Positions 15,430 through 23,911 of a DNA stretch of 32,000 bases are shown in pieces (the stretch's first letter is position 1; each line of letters opens with the position of its first letter). The stretch is from Candidatus Iainarchaeum sp. (GTDB lineage Archaea > Iainarchaeota > Iainarchaeia > Iainarchaeales > JACQJH01). The stretch is taken from the NCBI GenBank assembly GCA_016205145.1, contig JACQJH010000002.1, positions 330,001 through 362,000 on the forward strand. The letters are read 5' to 3'. A model generated the notes under the pieces. That model was given only the letters and a program-made list of their open reading frames with translations, was not told the origin of the DNA and ran no database searches. The position numbers and the translations under genes are program-made.

Positions 15430-15437
15430 TAAATAAT
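15428..15437 (+). promoter_or_regulatory. TATA-like box for the M23 peptidase gene
   Basis: CTTAAATAAT is centred about 27 nt upstream of ATG 15459 and abuts the third repeat copy. Confidence 0.4.
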
Positions 15438-15458
15438 GCGGCAGACTAATTTTATCGC

Positions 15459-17045
15459 ATGGCAGACACTTTGAAAATCGTGGTGGTTGCGATTGCCGCG
15501 GCCGCGCTTTTAGGCATTTTTGCCGCAACCTTCGGACCGCTTTTCAACAAGGACCAGGCGATAACCCTTGTCGTTGAAAGGCAGCTGACTGCTGCAGAGC
15601 AGAGGCTTGGCGTTGAAAACACCGTTGAAAACGTGGTCATAAAGCCGGATGAAACAATCCAGGCTAAAACCTACGAATCGGACAAGCGGAGCGTTGCATT
15701 CGAATGCAACAATCCGCAGGTTTGCTGTCCGAAAGGCCAGGCCTGCGGCAGGATTAAATGGGACGAGCGGAGCGTTGCGTTCAACGAATTCAAGGCAATC
15801 CGGACAAGCTCTAGGTGCGGCCTTGAAAACGGAATTTTTTTGTGCAAAATCTATCTCGGCCAGACGCCGGCGCAAATCGACCTGAATGTTTCAATCGAAC
15901 AGGCAACGCTTGACCTTGGCGGGCTTTATGAAGGGAAATCCTCCGTGGAATTGGATTTGAACCTGCCGAAAAAGCTGCCGTTCATCGACCTCGCCAAGGG
16001 GGAAGCCCTGACACTCAGGATTCTGGTCAAAAATTCCGGCAGGACAATGCTGCCGTTCGCAAAAATCAGTGCGGAATTGTTCAGGAAAGAAACGCTTTAC
16101 GGCCAGTTAAAGCTTGAAAAAAGCGACGGGCAGGCAACGACAACCGCAAACATCCTGCCTGATGAAGCGAGGGCGATCCGGCTGCAGGCGCAGATCAGAA
16201 GCCGCAAGCCCGGCGAATACGTCGTAAAAGTCAGGGTGGACGGCGAGGATGCGGGCTTCAGGGAACAGGAAATCCATTTCCAGGTCGTCGACTCGACGCC
16301 GAGCAAATGCGCCGCGGTTGAAGCCGAGGAAGCCGACGTGATAGAGGACATTGAAACCGGCAAATGCAAGTCATACCTCGAATGCAGCGAATGCAGCGCA
16401 TCATACGAATGCGCGGACAGGTGGAAGGAAAAACTGCCCGAAACGGAAATAATTTCCGCGGATGCCGGGCATGCCTGGCAGATAATGCCCAGGCTCGAAA
16501 ACGGCCTGTGCAGGGCGGATTACACTGAAACTCCTGAAGACATTAAGATGTTCTATGACGCGGAGCAGCTTGCGAAACTGCCTGAGAACGCGACGCCGGA
16601 AGAAATACAAAAGTTCAATTCAAGCCAAGTGTGGGTCGTGCCGATTGCCGGAGCGGCAAAAGTGTCCTTTGCCTACGGCGTGAAAAGGGCGCGCTATGCG
16701 GCAGGATACCATACCGGGGCAGACTTTTCGGTTCCGAGCGGCACGCCGGTTCTCGCGGCGGGCGACGGCATAATAACCGAAGTTTCTTCAGACAGCTCGT
16801 TCGGCAAATATGTGAAAATAAAGCACGGCAACGGCCAATACACTTTTTACGCGCATTTGAGCGAACAGCTCGTAAAAAAAGGCGATTTTGTCAGAGCCGG
16901 CCAGACAATCGGATTGTCCGGGGCAACGGGCAATGTCAGGGGGGCGCACCTGCATTTCGAACTGAGGAACGCGCCCGGCGGTTATTACGACAACACGAAC
17001 CCGTGCGTGCTGTTCCCGCAGGTCCAGAATTGCGGCGCAAAATGA
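15459..17045 (+). CDS. Membrane-anchored, Cys-rich protein with C-terminal M23 (LytM-type) metallopeptidase domain
   Basis: Has an N-terminal TM (IVVVAIAAAALLGIFAATF). M23 motifs are YHTGADF (HxxxD) and GAHLHFEL (HxH). Several Cys clusters lie in the middle region. Confidence 0.8.
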   Translation: MADTLKIVVVAIAAAALLGIFAATFGPLFNKDQAITLVVERQLTAAEQRLGVENTVENVVIKPDETIQAKTYESDKRSVAFECNNPQVCCPKGQACGRIKWDERSVAFNEFKAIRTSSRCGLENGIFLCKIYLGQTPAQIDLNVSIEQATLDLGGLYEGKSSVELDLNLPKKLPFIDLAKGEALTLRILVKNSGRTMLPFAKISAELFRKETLYGQLKLEKSDGQATTTANILPDEARAIRLQAQIRSRKPGEYVVKVRVDGEDAGFREQEIHFQVVDSTPSKCAAVEAEEADVIEDIETGKCKSYLECSECSASYECADRWKEKLPETEIISADAGHAWQIMPRLENGLCRADYTETPEDIKMFYDAEQLAKLPENATPEEIQKFNSSQVWVVPIAGAAKVSFAYGVKRARYAAGYHTGADFSVPSGTPVLAAGDGIITEVSSDSSFGKYVKIKHGNGQYTFYAHLSEQLVKKGDFVRAGQTIGLSGATGNVRGAHLHFELRNAPGGYYDNTNPCVLFPQVQNCGAK

Positions 17046-17066
17046 ACAAAAAGCTTTTCGGGAACG

Positions 17067-18170
17067 TCAGGCAACTTTTTCTACAAACTCTGAAAGCGTT
17101 TTCTCGAATTTTTTCATGGACGCGATGCTTGCAAACTCGTCTTTCCCGTGCAGGTTTTTGCCGTCAAAGCCGAAGACCGCTACTGGAAAGTCGCGCGCGG
17201 AAAAAAAGCGCTGGTCGCCGGCGCCGTGCTCTTTCGCAAACGAAGCCTTTTTTCCGACATTCTTTTCAAAGATTTTTTTCAGCAGCAGAAGCCTTTCATC
17301 AGCCTCGTCAATTGAAAGGTTTGGCGTGAAGCGGAAAACCGAAACATTGACGCCTTTCAAAGGCTTTAATGCGCCGCGGATTTTTTGCACGATTTCATGC
17401 GGATTGTCATTTTCGGTGTAGCGGATGTCCAGCGTCATGCTGGCCTTGTCCGGCACCTTGTTGGCGGCTTCCCCGCCGGAAAAAATTCCGAGGTTGAGGG
17501 TCGGAAACCAGTTTTCGCCTTTCACCGAGGTTTTTTTGAACAGCTTTTTGATGCGCGGAAACGCAAGCAGCAGGCTTTCGATCGCATTTTCGCCGAGCCA
17601 GGGCTGCGAGCCGTGACAGGCTTTTCCCTTTGCCGAAACAACCAGGCGGATGACGCCTTTCTGCTTCGTCACTATTGCCGCATGAGAAATGTCAACCGAC
17701 AGAACGAATTCCGGCTTCAATATTTTCGCCAGCCGTTTCGCGCCGTTCTCGCCGCTTGTTTCCTCGTCGGAAGTCAAAAGCAATGCAACCGATTTTGCCT
17801 TGCCCGCGTTCCGGAGAGCGTTCAGGCAGCAGGCGGCCTGCCCTTTCATGTCGCTTGAACCCCTGCCGAAAAGCCTTCCGCCTTTCACGAAAGCCTTGAA
17901 CTGTTCCGGCTCCGCGGGCACAACGTCAACATGCCCGATGACAAGAAGCTTCGGGGCAAGCGTTTTTCCGGTGCAGGCGTAAAGGCTTTCAACGCCGTTG
18001 AAGGAAAACGTTCTGAAATAGAAGCCGCTGCCAAGATATGCCTTGCAGAAGGAAAGGCATTTTTTTATTTGAGCATTCTGCCCGGTAACCGTTTTGAATG
18101 CAATGAGCTTTTTTGCGAGTTCAACCGAAGGCAATGCTTTCAACCGGACACCAAAAAAAATCAGGGACAA
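17067..18170 (-). CDS. M20-family metallopeptidase/deacylase (ArgE/DapE-like)
   Basis: Contains GHVDVVPA, GRGSSDMKG and LTSDEETSG motifs. There is no ATG near the N-terminus, so the start is TTG 18170 or in-frame TTG 18143. Confidence 0.8.
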   Translation of the reverse strand: MSLIFFGVRLKALPSVELAKKLIAFKTVTGQNAQIKKCLSFCKAYLGSGFYFRTFSFNGVESLYACTGKTLAPKLLVIGHVDVVPAEPEQFKAFVKGGRLFGRGSSDMKGQAACCLNALRNAGKAKSVALLLTSDEETSGENGAKRLAKILKPEFVLSVDISHAAIVTKQKGVIRLVVSAKGKACHGSQPWLGENAIESLLLAFPRIKKLFKKTSVKGENWFPTLNLGIFSGGEAANKVPDKASMTLDIRYTENDNPHEIVQKIRGALKPLKGVNVSVFRFTPNLSIDEADERLLLLKKIFEKNVGKKASFAKEHGAGDQRFFSARDFPVAVFGFDGKNLHGKDEFASIASMKKFEKTLSEFVEKVA

Positions 18171-18183
18171 ATTATATTAAAAG
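18171..18183. promoter_or_regulatory. Shared AT-rich TATA-like box for divergent M20 and gatD genes
   Basis: ATTATATTAAAAG lies about 31 nt from gatD ATG 18207 and about 33 nt from the M20 TTG 18143. Confidence 0.4.
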
Positions 18184-18206
18184 AGTTGGTTAATTAGTCT
18201 TACAAG

Positions 18207-19541
18207 ATGGCTGTCAAGGACCTGCTGAAAAAGCACGGGCTCAAAGAATCCGATCTGGTTGAAATAGCCAGTGGCAAAACCGTCCTGAAAGGCACGATCA
18301 TTCCGAGCAAAAACCCGGAAATACTCGAACTGAAGCTTTCAAGCGGCTACAATGCAGGCATCATCGCAAAGGAAATTTCCGGGATAAAGAAGCTGGGCGA
18401 AGGCAAAAGCGTTTCGAAAGCCAAAACGCAAAGCTTTCCACAAAAACCCGGCCTGCCCAGAATCGCAATCCTGCACACCGGCGGAACGATTGCAAGCCGC
18501 GTGGACTACAGGACGGGTGCGGTCTTTTCAAGCTTCCAGACCGAGGACCTGCTGACGATGTTTTCCGAACTGCACGCAATCGCGAACATTTCATCCGAGC
18601 ACCTTTCAAACATGTGGTCCGAGGACATGCGCTTTGACCATTACAAAATCATGGCGAAAGCCGTCGAAAAGGAAGTGAAAAAAGGCGTTGACGGAATCAT
18701 CATCGCGCATGGCACTGACACGATGCATTATTCCTCGGCCGCATTGGCATTCGCATTGGAAAACGTTCCGGTCCCGGTCATACTTGTAGGAGCACAGCGC
18801 AGTTCGGACAGGGGCTCAAGCGATGCCGCCATGAACCTGGTCTGCGCCGCAACATTCATGGCAAAAACCGATTTTGCGGGAGTCGCAATCTGCATGCACC
18901 ACTCCGCGTCGGACGACAGCTGTGCAATCCTGCCTGCATGCAAGACAAGGAAAATGCACACTTCCCGCAGGGACGCGTTCAAGGCGGTCAACGGAAAGCC
19001 AATAGCGCTTGTCGACTTCAGGTCAAGGAACGTCGAGTTCATCGAAAAAAATTTTGCGAAAAAGGGTGCCGGAAAGCTCGCTGTCAAGGACAAGTTCGAG
19101 GAAAAGACCGGCATTTTGAAGGCGCACACCAACATGTTCGCTGAAGAAATAGACTTTTACAGGAAGCAAAAATACAAGGGCCTTATCCTGGAAGGCTTTG
19201 CTCTTGGCCAGTTCCCGATTGCTGCGCCGAACCCGCAGGCGAAAAAAAACCTTGAAGTGAAAAAGGCGCTTGAAAAGCTCATCAAATCCGGCTGCGTTGT
19301 CGTTATGGCCTCGCAGTGCATTTTCGGGCGCGTCCATATGCACGTTTACGACAAGGCGGTTGACCTGCAGAACATGGGCGTGGTTCCGGCGGAGGACATG
19401 ACATCCGAAACCGCGTTCATAAAGCTTGCATGGCTTTTGGGCAATTATCCGAAAAAAGAGGTTGCCGCCCTGGTCGGCAAAAATCTGCGCGGCGAAATAT
19501 CAGACAGGACGGAATTCGAGGAACAATTTCCGGGGGACTGA
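18207..19541 (+). CDS. gatD: Glutamyl-tRNA(Gln) amidotransferase subunit D
   Basis: Has an asparaginase-like core with ILHTGGTIAS and AHGTDTM motifs and an archaeal GatD-type N-terminal extension. Length is 444 aa. Confidence 0.9.
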   Translation: MAVKDLLKKHGLKESDLVEIASGKTVLKGTIIPSKNPEILELKLSSGYNAGIIAKEISGIKKLGEGKSVSKAKTQSFPQKPGLPRIAILHTGGTIASRVDYRTGAVFSSFQTEDLLTMFSELHAIANISSEHLSNMWSEDMRFDHYKIMAKAVEKEVKKGVDGIIIAHGTDTMHYSSAALAFALENVPVPVILVGAQRSSDRGSSDAAMNLVCAATFMAKTDFAGVAICMHHSASDDSCAILPACKTRKMHTSRRDAFKAVNGKPIALVDFRSRNVEFIEKNFAKKGAGKLAVKDKFEEKTGILKAHTNMFAEEIDFYRKQKYKGLILEGFALGQFPIAAPNPQAKKNLEVKKALEKLIKSGCVVVMASQCIFGRVHMHVYDKAVDLQNMGVVPAEDMTSETAFIKLAWLLGNYPKKEVAALVGKNLRGEISDRTEFEEQFPGD

Positions 19542-19544
19542 AAA

Positions 19545-19862
19545 TTGATTGACGAAACAAGGCTTCTGGCAATCGGCATTGCCGGCATTGCACTGCTGCT
19601 GCTTGCATTCGTTCTGGAGCACAGGAAAGGATTGCACAGGAAAGGCGTGTATTTCAACCTGCTCAATTTTGCCGGCTCGGAGCTGCTTGCATGGTATGCC
19701 TTTGAAAAAAGCGACATCGTTTTCCTTGTGCTCAACGCGGTTTGGGCGATGATTGCAGCATACTTCCTGCTGAAAATCCTTTGGGCGAAGCTCGGCAAGA
19801 GGCGCTGGGACCCGGACGACGTGATGGACGACGAGGGCCTGGAAAGGCTGCCGGGCGCGTAA
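19545..19862 (+). CDS. Small three-TM membrane protein
   Basis: Three hydrophobic segments, including the pattern YFNLLNFAGSELLAWY...LNAVWAMIAAYFLLK. The TTG start is uncertain. Confidence 0.5.
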   Translation: MIDETRLLAIGIAGIALLLLAFVLEHRKGLHRKGVYFNLLNFAGSELLAWYAFEKSDIVFLVLNAVWAMIAAYFLLKILWAKLGKRRWDPDDVMDDEGLERLPGA

Positions 19863-19868
19863 AAAAAG

Positions 19869-20906
19869 TCAATCCCTTTCAACGACATGATAAGGCAGCT
19901 GGCTCTGCTCGCGTTCAAAAGCCTCAAGCAGTTCCCTTGCCTTGGCAAGGTCAAGCTTGGCCTCATCAGCCGCCTGCTCCAATCCCTTGCCCCGCCTCAT
20001 TTTAGCTATAAGTGAAAAAAGCTTTCTTCCCTCGACAGCGCCCAAGCCAAGCCGCACCGTCAAATCAGCCCTCATCGCGTCAAGCACCGCGCCCTGCACG
20101 CGCTGGCGAACATATGCCTTCAGGCTTGCCTCGCTCTTTTCCCGGTCGGCTGCGGCCGCAATGCGATAAGACAGCAGCTCAACATCATTGCCGATTTCAT
20201 CAAGCATTTCCGGCTGAACCCAGTATCTGCCGCCATACGCCCTCAGCGCGGTTCTGGCAAGCGGCATCACTGTTTCCGCCCTGACCCGTTCCTGGGGCAT
20301 GGAAAGCTCAGGCAATGGTTTTGCGGGCTTTCGCTTAATCGGCGCCACATATGAATCATACTTGTCGCCCCCGATCGCTTTCCGGATTAGTTTTAAATCA
20401 TAGACAACCGCCGGCACCGACACGCCAAGAATCCGTGCTGTTTCAACCGCGTTCCGCCCGTTCTTTAACTGCTCGAAAACCCGTACCCTGCGCAGACCGC
20501 GCTCTATGCCCTGTCCGGTTATTGCAGTTGGAGAGCGCTGTCCTTTCATGCGATTCCCAGATTCCAACAGATACTGGCTGACACGCCCCTCACTCACACC
20601 AAGCCTTTGGGCTATTTCAACATGCGTCATATGCTCGTTTGTGCTCATCGCGACCGCACGCGCCATTCTTTCCGCGGCAACCCGCCTCTGGCGCAAACGG
20701 CTGGCATTGTCAAACATTCCGCGCTTCCATGGCACGACGCCTCGTTTCAATCCGCTTAAATAATGGTCAACGCTACTCGGGTTAAAACCGGTTTCCGCTA
20801 TGATTTCCGGCCTGGATTTTCCTTCCCGGGCAAGGTCGAAAACCCTGTTCATTTTCCAGGCCCTGGCCTCAACAGCTTCCCGGCTTGCAACACTGCGCCG
20901 CTTCAT
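19869..20906 (-). CDS. Multi-HTH DNA-binding protein with sigma-70-like segments
   Basis: At least three HTH units are present (PEIIAETGFNPSSVDHYL, HVEIAQRLGVSEGRVSQYL, AVETARILGVSVPAVVYDL). There is also a FliA-like segment, YVRQRVQGAVLDAMR. The protein is Arg-rich, unlike its neighbours. A TATA-like box lies about 25 nt upstream of ATG 20906. Confidence 0.7.
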   Translation of the reverse strand: MKRRSVASREAVEARAWKMNRVFDLAREGKSRPEIIAETGFNPSSVDHYLSGLKRGVVPWKRGMFDNASRLRQRRVAAERMARAVAMSTNEHMTHVEIAQRLGVSEGRVSQYLLESGNRMKGQRSPTAITGQGIERGLRRVRVFEQLKNGRNAVETARILGVSVPAVVYDLKLIRKAIGGDKYDSYVAPIKRKPAKPLPELSMPQERVRAETVMPLARTALRAYGGRYWVQPEMLDEIGNDVELLSYRIAAAADREKSEASLKAYVRQRVQGAVLDAMRADLTVRLGLGAVEGRKLFSLIAKMRRGKGLEQAADEAKLDLAKARELLEAFEREQSQLPYHVVERD

Positions 20907-20998
20907 GCAAATAATAGACTCTTAAGAGATTAATAAAAACCGACCCAAACAAGTTTCAATTAAAAGGCTTTTCCTGCCAATTTTTTTCTGGTTTGCCG

Positions 20999-22888
20999 AT
21001 GGAAACTGATTTGCAGAACCCCGGCCTGAAATGCGGCCTCGAAGTGCATCAGCAGCTTGACACAGGAAAGCTGTTCTGCAGGTGCCCGTCGGTGCTCAGG
21101 GACTACAAGCCCGATTTTTCCGTGAGAAGGAAGCTGAGGCCGGTCGCATCAGAACTCGGCGAATTCGACCTGGCCGCATTGGAGGCATTCAGGAAAAACC
21201 TCGAATTCGTTTACGAGGGCTACAACGACACGACCTGCCTCATAGAGCTTGACGACGAGCCGCCGAAAGCCGCGGACAAGGATGCGCTTGAAACGGTTTT
21301 GAAAATCTGCATCATGGCTGGCGCGGACATTCTTGACGAGGTCATTGTCATGCGCAAAACCGTGATTGACGGCTCGAACACTTCCGGTTTCCAGCGCACG
21401 ATGCTCGTTTCCCTGGGCGGAAAATTGAAACTGAAAAACAAGGAGCTCGGCATCCAGACCATTGCTTTGGAGGAGGATGCCTGCAGGCCGTCGCAGAAAA
21501 CCGGCAGCGAGGTTTTTTACAGGCTCGACAGGCTCGGCATTCCCTTGATAGAGCTTGCCACGGAGCCAGGCATAAAGTCGCCGGAAGAGGCCAGGGAAGC
21601 CGCATTGAAGATCGGCGAGCTTTTCCGCAGGACGTGCAAGGCGAGGCGCGGCCTCGGCACGATTAGACAGGACCTGAACATTTCGATTGCCGAAGGGGCG
21701 AGGGTTGAAATCAAGGGAGTGCAGAACCTTGATTTGATGGACGAATTCGTGCGAAGGGAAATCCTGCGCCAGCAGAATCTCATCGAACTGCGCGAACAAC
21801 TCCTGATGCTCGGCGTTTCCGAAGAGGATTTTGCGCTTCCCCCTGAGGACATCACGCCTATTTTTGCCGGAACCAATTCGGGGCTGCTGAAAAAAAGCCT
21901 TGAAAAAGGCGAAAGCATTCTTGCAATCAGGTTCCCGAAAATGGTGGGCCTGCCGGGAATGGAACTGCAGCCGAACCGCAGGTTCGGCACGGAACTGTCA
22001 GACCATGTCAAGGCGAAAGCTGGGTTGCATGGCCTGATGCATTCCGACGAATTGCCCGCTTACGGCATTTCGCACGAAGAGGTTTCGGAAATAAGGAGAA
22101 CGCTTGGCTGTTCCGAACACGACGCATTCGCATTCGTGGTCGGCCAAAAGGAAAAATGCGTTTCCGCCTTGCAGGCTGTTTCGGAAAGGTGCGTTCAGGC
22201 GCTGAAAGGCGTGCCCGAAGAAACGCGCAACGCATTGGATGACGGGAACACTTCCTACAGCAGGCCTCTGCCGGGCGCCGCAAGGATGTATCCTGAAACG
22301 GACATTGCGCCTGTCCGAGTTGACAAAAAATTGCTGAAAGAACTTGAAAAAGACCTGCCATTGACGGTTGAAGAGCGCCTGGACCTTTACAAAAAGCGCG
22401 GCCTGAGCGGCAAGCTTGCGAACGAAATGGGGCTTGACAATTTCGCGGCCTTTTTCGAATCATTGCTGAAAAAAGGCTTCAATGCAACAACCGCGGCAGT
22501 GTTCCTGCTCGAAGGCCTGACACAGCTGAGGCGCGAAGGCCTTTCCGTCGACGGCATTTCAAATGAAACGATTGAAAAAATTTTGTCGGCGGAAAAATCC
22601 GGAAAAATCCTGAAAGACGATCTGCTTGAAACCGCCCGAAGCGTGCTGCAGGGCAAAAGCCTCGATGGCGCGGTCAGGGAAAAGGCGGACGGCAAAGCGG
22701 GAAACAAAGAAATAGAGGAAGCGGTCAAAAGGATTGTTGAACGGAATGCCTTGCTCATCAAGGAAAAGGGAACCGGCGCGTTCGCCGCGCTCATGGGCGA
22801 CGCTATGAAAGAGCTTGGCGGAAAAGCGTCCGGAAAGGACATTTCAGAGGCGTTGAAAAGGGAGCTGCGGAAAAATGCCGGAACCTGA
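20999..22888 (+). CDS. gatE: Glutamyl-tRNA(Gln) amidotransferase subunit E
   Basis: Begins GLKCGLEVHQQLDTGKLFCRCPS, the GatB/E signature. It has the GatE-specific insertion and length. ATG 20999 is preferred over TTG 20993. Confidence 0.9.
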   Translation: METDLQNPGLKCGLEVHQQLDTGKLFCRCPSVLRDYKPDFSVRRKLRPVASELGEFDLAALEAFRKNLEFVYEGYNDTTCLIELDDEPPKAADKDALETVLKICIMAGADILDEVIVMRKTVIDGSNTSGFQRTMLVSLGGKLKLKNKELGIQTIALEEDACRPSQKTGSEVFYRLDRLGIPLIELATEPGIKSPEEAREAALKIGELFRRTCKARRGLGTIRQDLNISIAEGARVEIKGVQNLDLMDEFVRREILRQQNLIELREQLLMLGVSEEDFALPPEDITPIFAGTNSGLLKKSLEKGESILAIRFPKMVGLPGMELQPNRRFGTELSDHVKAKAGLHGLMHSDELPAYGISHEEVSEIRRTLGCSEHDAFAFVVGQKEKCVSALQAVSERCVQALKGVPEETRNALDDGNTSYSRPLPGAARMYPETDIAPVRVDKKLLKELEKDLPLTVEERLDLYKKRGLSGKLANEMGLDNFAAFFESLLKKGFNATTAAVFLLEGLTQLRREGLSVDGISNETIEKILSAEKSGKILKDDLLETARSVLQGKSLDGAVREKADGKAGNKEIEEAVKRIVERNALLIKEKGTGAFAALMGDAMKELGGKASGKDISEALKRELRKNAGT

Positions 22889-23903
22889 TTTCGAAAAGCT
22901 TGCGCGGAAATTCGACAAGAGCGCAATGCTTGCAAAGCTTGACGGTTTTCCGGAACAGGCAATGGATGGCTGGATGCTTGGAAAACGCTTCGGGGCGCCG
23001 GAAGCGCTGGCCGGAAAAAAATTCGGCAAAATATTTTTCCTCGGAATGGGCGGATCGGGAATAGCGGGCATGATTGCCAAAAGCCTGCTGGAAAAAAAAT
23101 GCCCCATTCCCGCATTCCTGGCCGGAACGTATTCCCTGCCGGCTTTTGCGGACAAAAATTCGCTCGCAATAGCTTTAAGCTATTCCGGCAACACTGAGGA
23201 AACGCTTGCCTGCGCAAAAGACGCGAAGGAAAAGGGCATCGAAGTGATCGGCATAACCTCAGGCGGCCTGCTCGCAAAGGAAAACCGGCACAATGTAACC
23301 GTGCCCGGAGGGTTTCCGCCGAGAACCGCGACCGGCTACACGCTTTTCGCCTTGCTTGCAGTGCTTGAAAACCTCGGCATAGCAAACTTCGGCCCTGACG
23401 CGGAAAAAGCAATCGCCCTGGCCGGGAAGAAAAGGGAACTGTTCAGGACGCGCGGACAGGAAATCGGCAAAAAGCTTTTCAAAAAAATTCCGGCAATCTA
23501 TTCAAGCGAATGCCTTGAACCGATTGCATACCGGTGGCACACCCAGCTCGCGGAAAACTCCAAGACGTTCTCGCATTGGGCTGTCCTGCCGGAACTCAAC
23601 CACAATGAAATCGTGGGATACATGCCTTTCGAGGAAAAACTGTGCTTTGTTCTGCTCCGCTCCGGAAATGAGAACGCGCGCATGAAGGAAAGGCTTGACC
23701 TCACCAGACGGATTTGCGCAAAAAAAAGCCTTGTGGAAGAGGTTCTCGGCGGAGGCGAAACCAGCCTTGAAAGGAAAATTTCGCTCATGCTCATCGGCGA
23801 TTACGCGTCATATTACCTTGCCCTGCTCAACGGCTTGGACCCCACGCCGGTTGAAAACATCTCTTTCCTGAAAAAAAGCATCAAGGAAAAAGGCTTTTTC
23901 TGA
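22875..23903 (+). CDS. Bifunctional phosphoglucose/phosphomannose isomerase (SIS domain, archaeal PGI/PMI type)
   Basis: Contains SIS motifs FFLGMGGSGIAG and ALSYSGNTEETL, then W(H)TQLAENSK. It overlaps the gatE end by 14 nt. Confidence 0.8.
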   Translation: MPEPDFEKLARKFDKSAMLAKLDGFPEQAMDGWMLGKRFGAPEALAGKKFGKIFFLGMGGSGIAGMIAKSLLEKKCPIPAFLAGTYSLPAFADKNSLAIALSYSGNTEETLACAKDAKEKGIEVIGITSGGLLAKENRHNVTVPGGFPPRTATGYTLFALLAVLENLGIANFGPDAEKAIALAGKKRELFRTRGQEIGKKLFKKIPAIYSSECLEPIAYRWHTQLAENSKTFSHWAVLPELNHNEIVGYMPFEEKLCFVLLRSGNENARMKERLDLTRRICAKKSLVEEVLGGGETSLERKISLMLIGDYASYYLALLNGLDPTPVENISFLKKSIKEKGFF

Positions 23904-23911
23904 ACAGTTCC

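Noticed and set aside
16631-17329. A 232-aa plus-strand ORF bridging the M23 peptidase 3' end and the M20 gene.
   Set aside because: It is out of frame within, or antisense to, two motif-supported genes. Its translation is Arg-rich low-complexity sequence.
22387-23412. A 341-aa minus-strand ORF spanning the gatE/PGI junction.
   Set aside because: It is antisense to two well-supported genes, and its translation is Arg/Pro/Phe-rich nonsense with no domain pattern.
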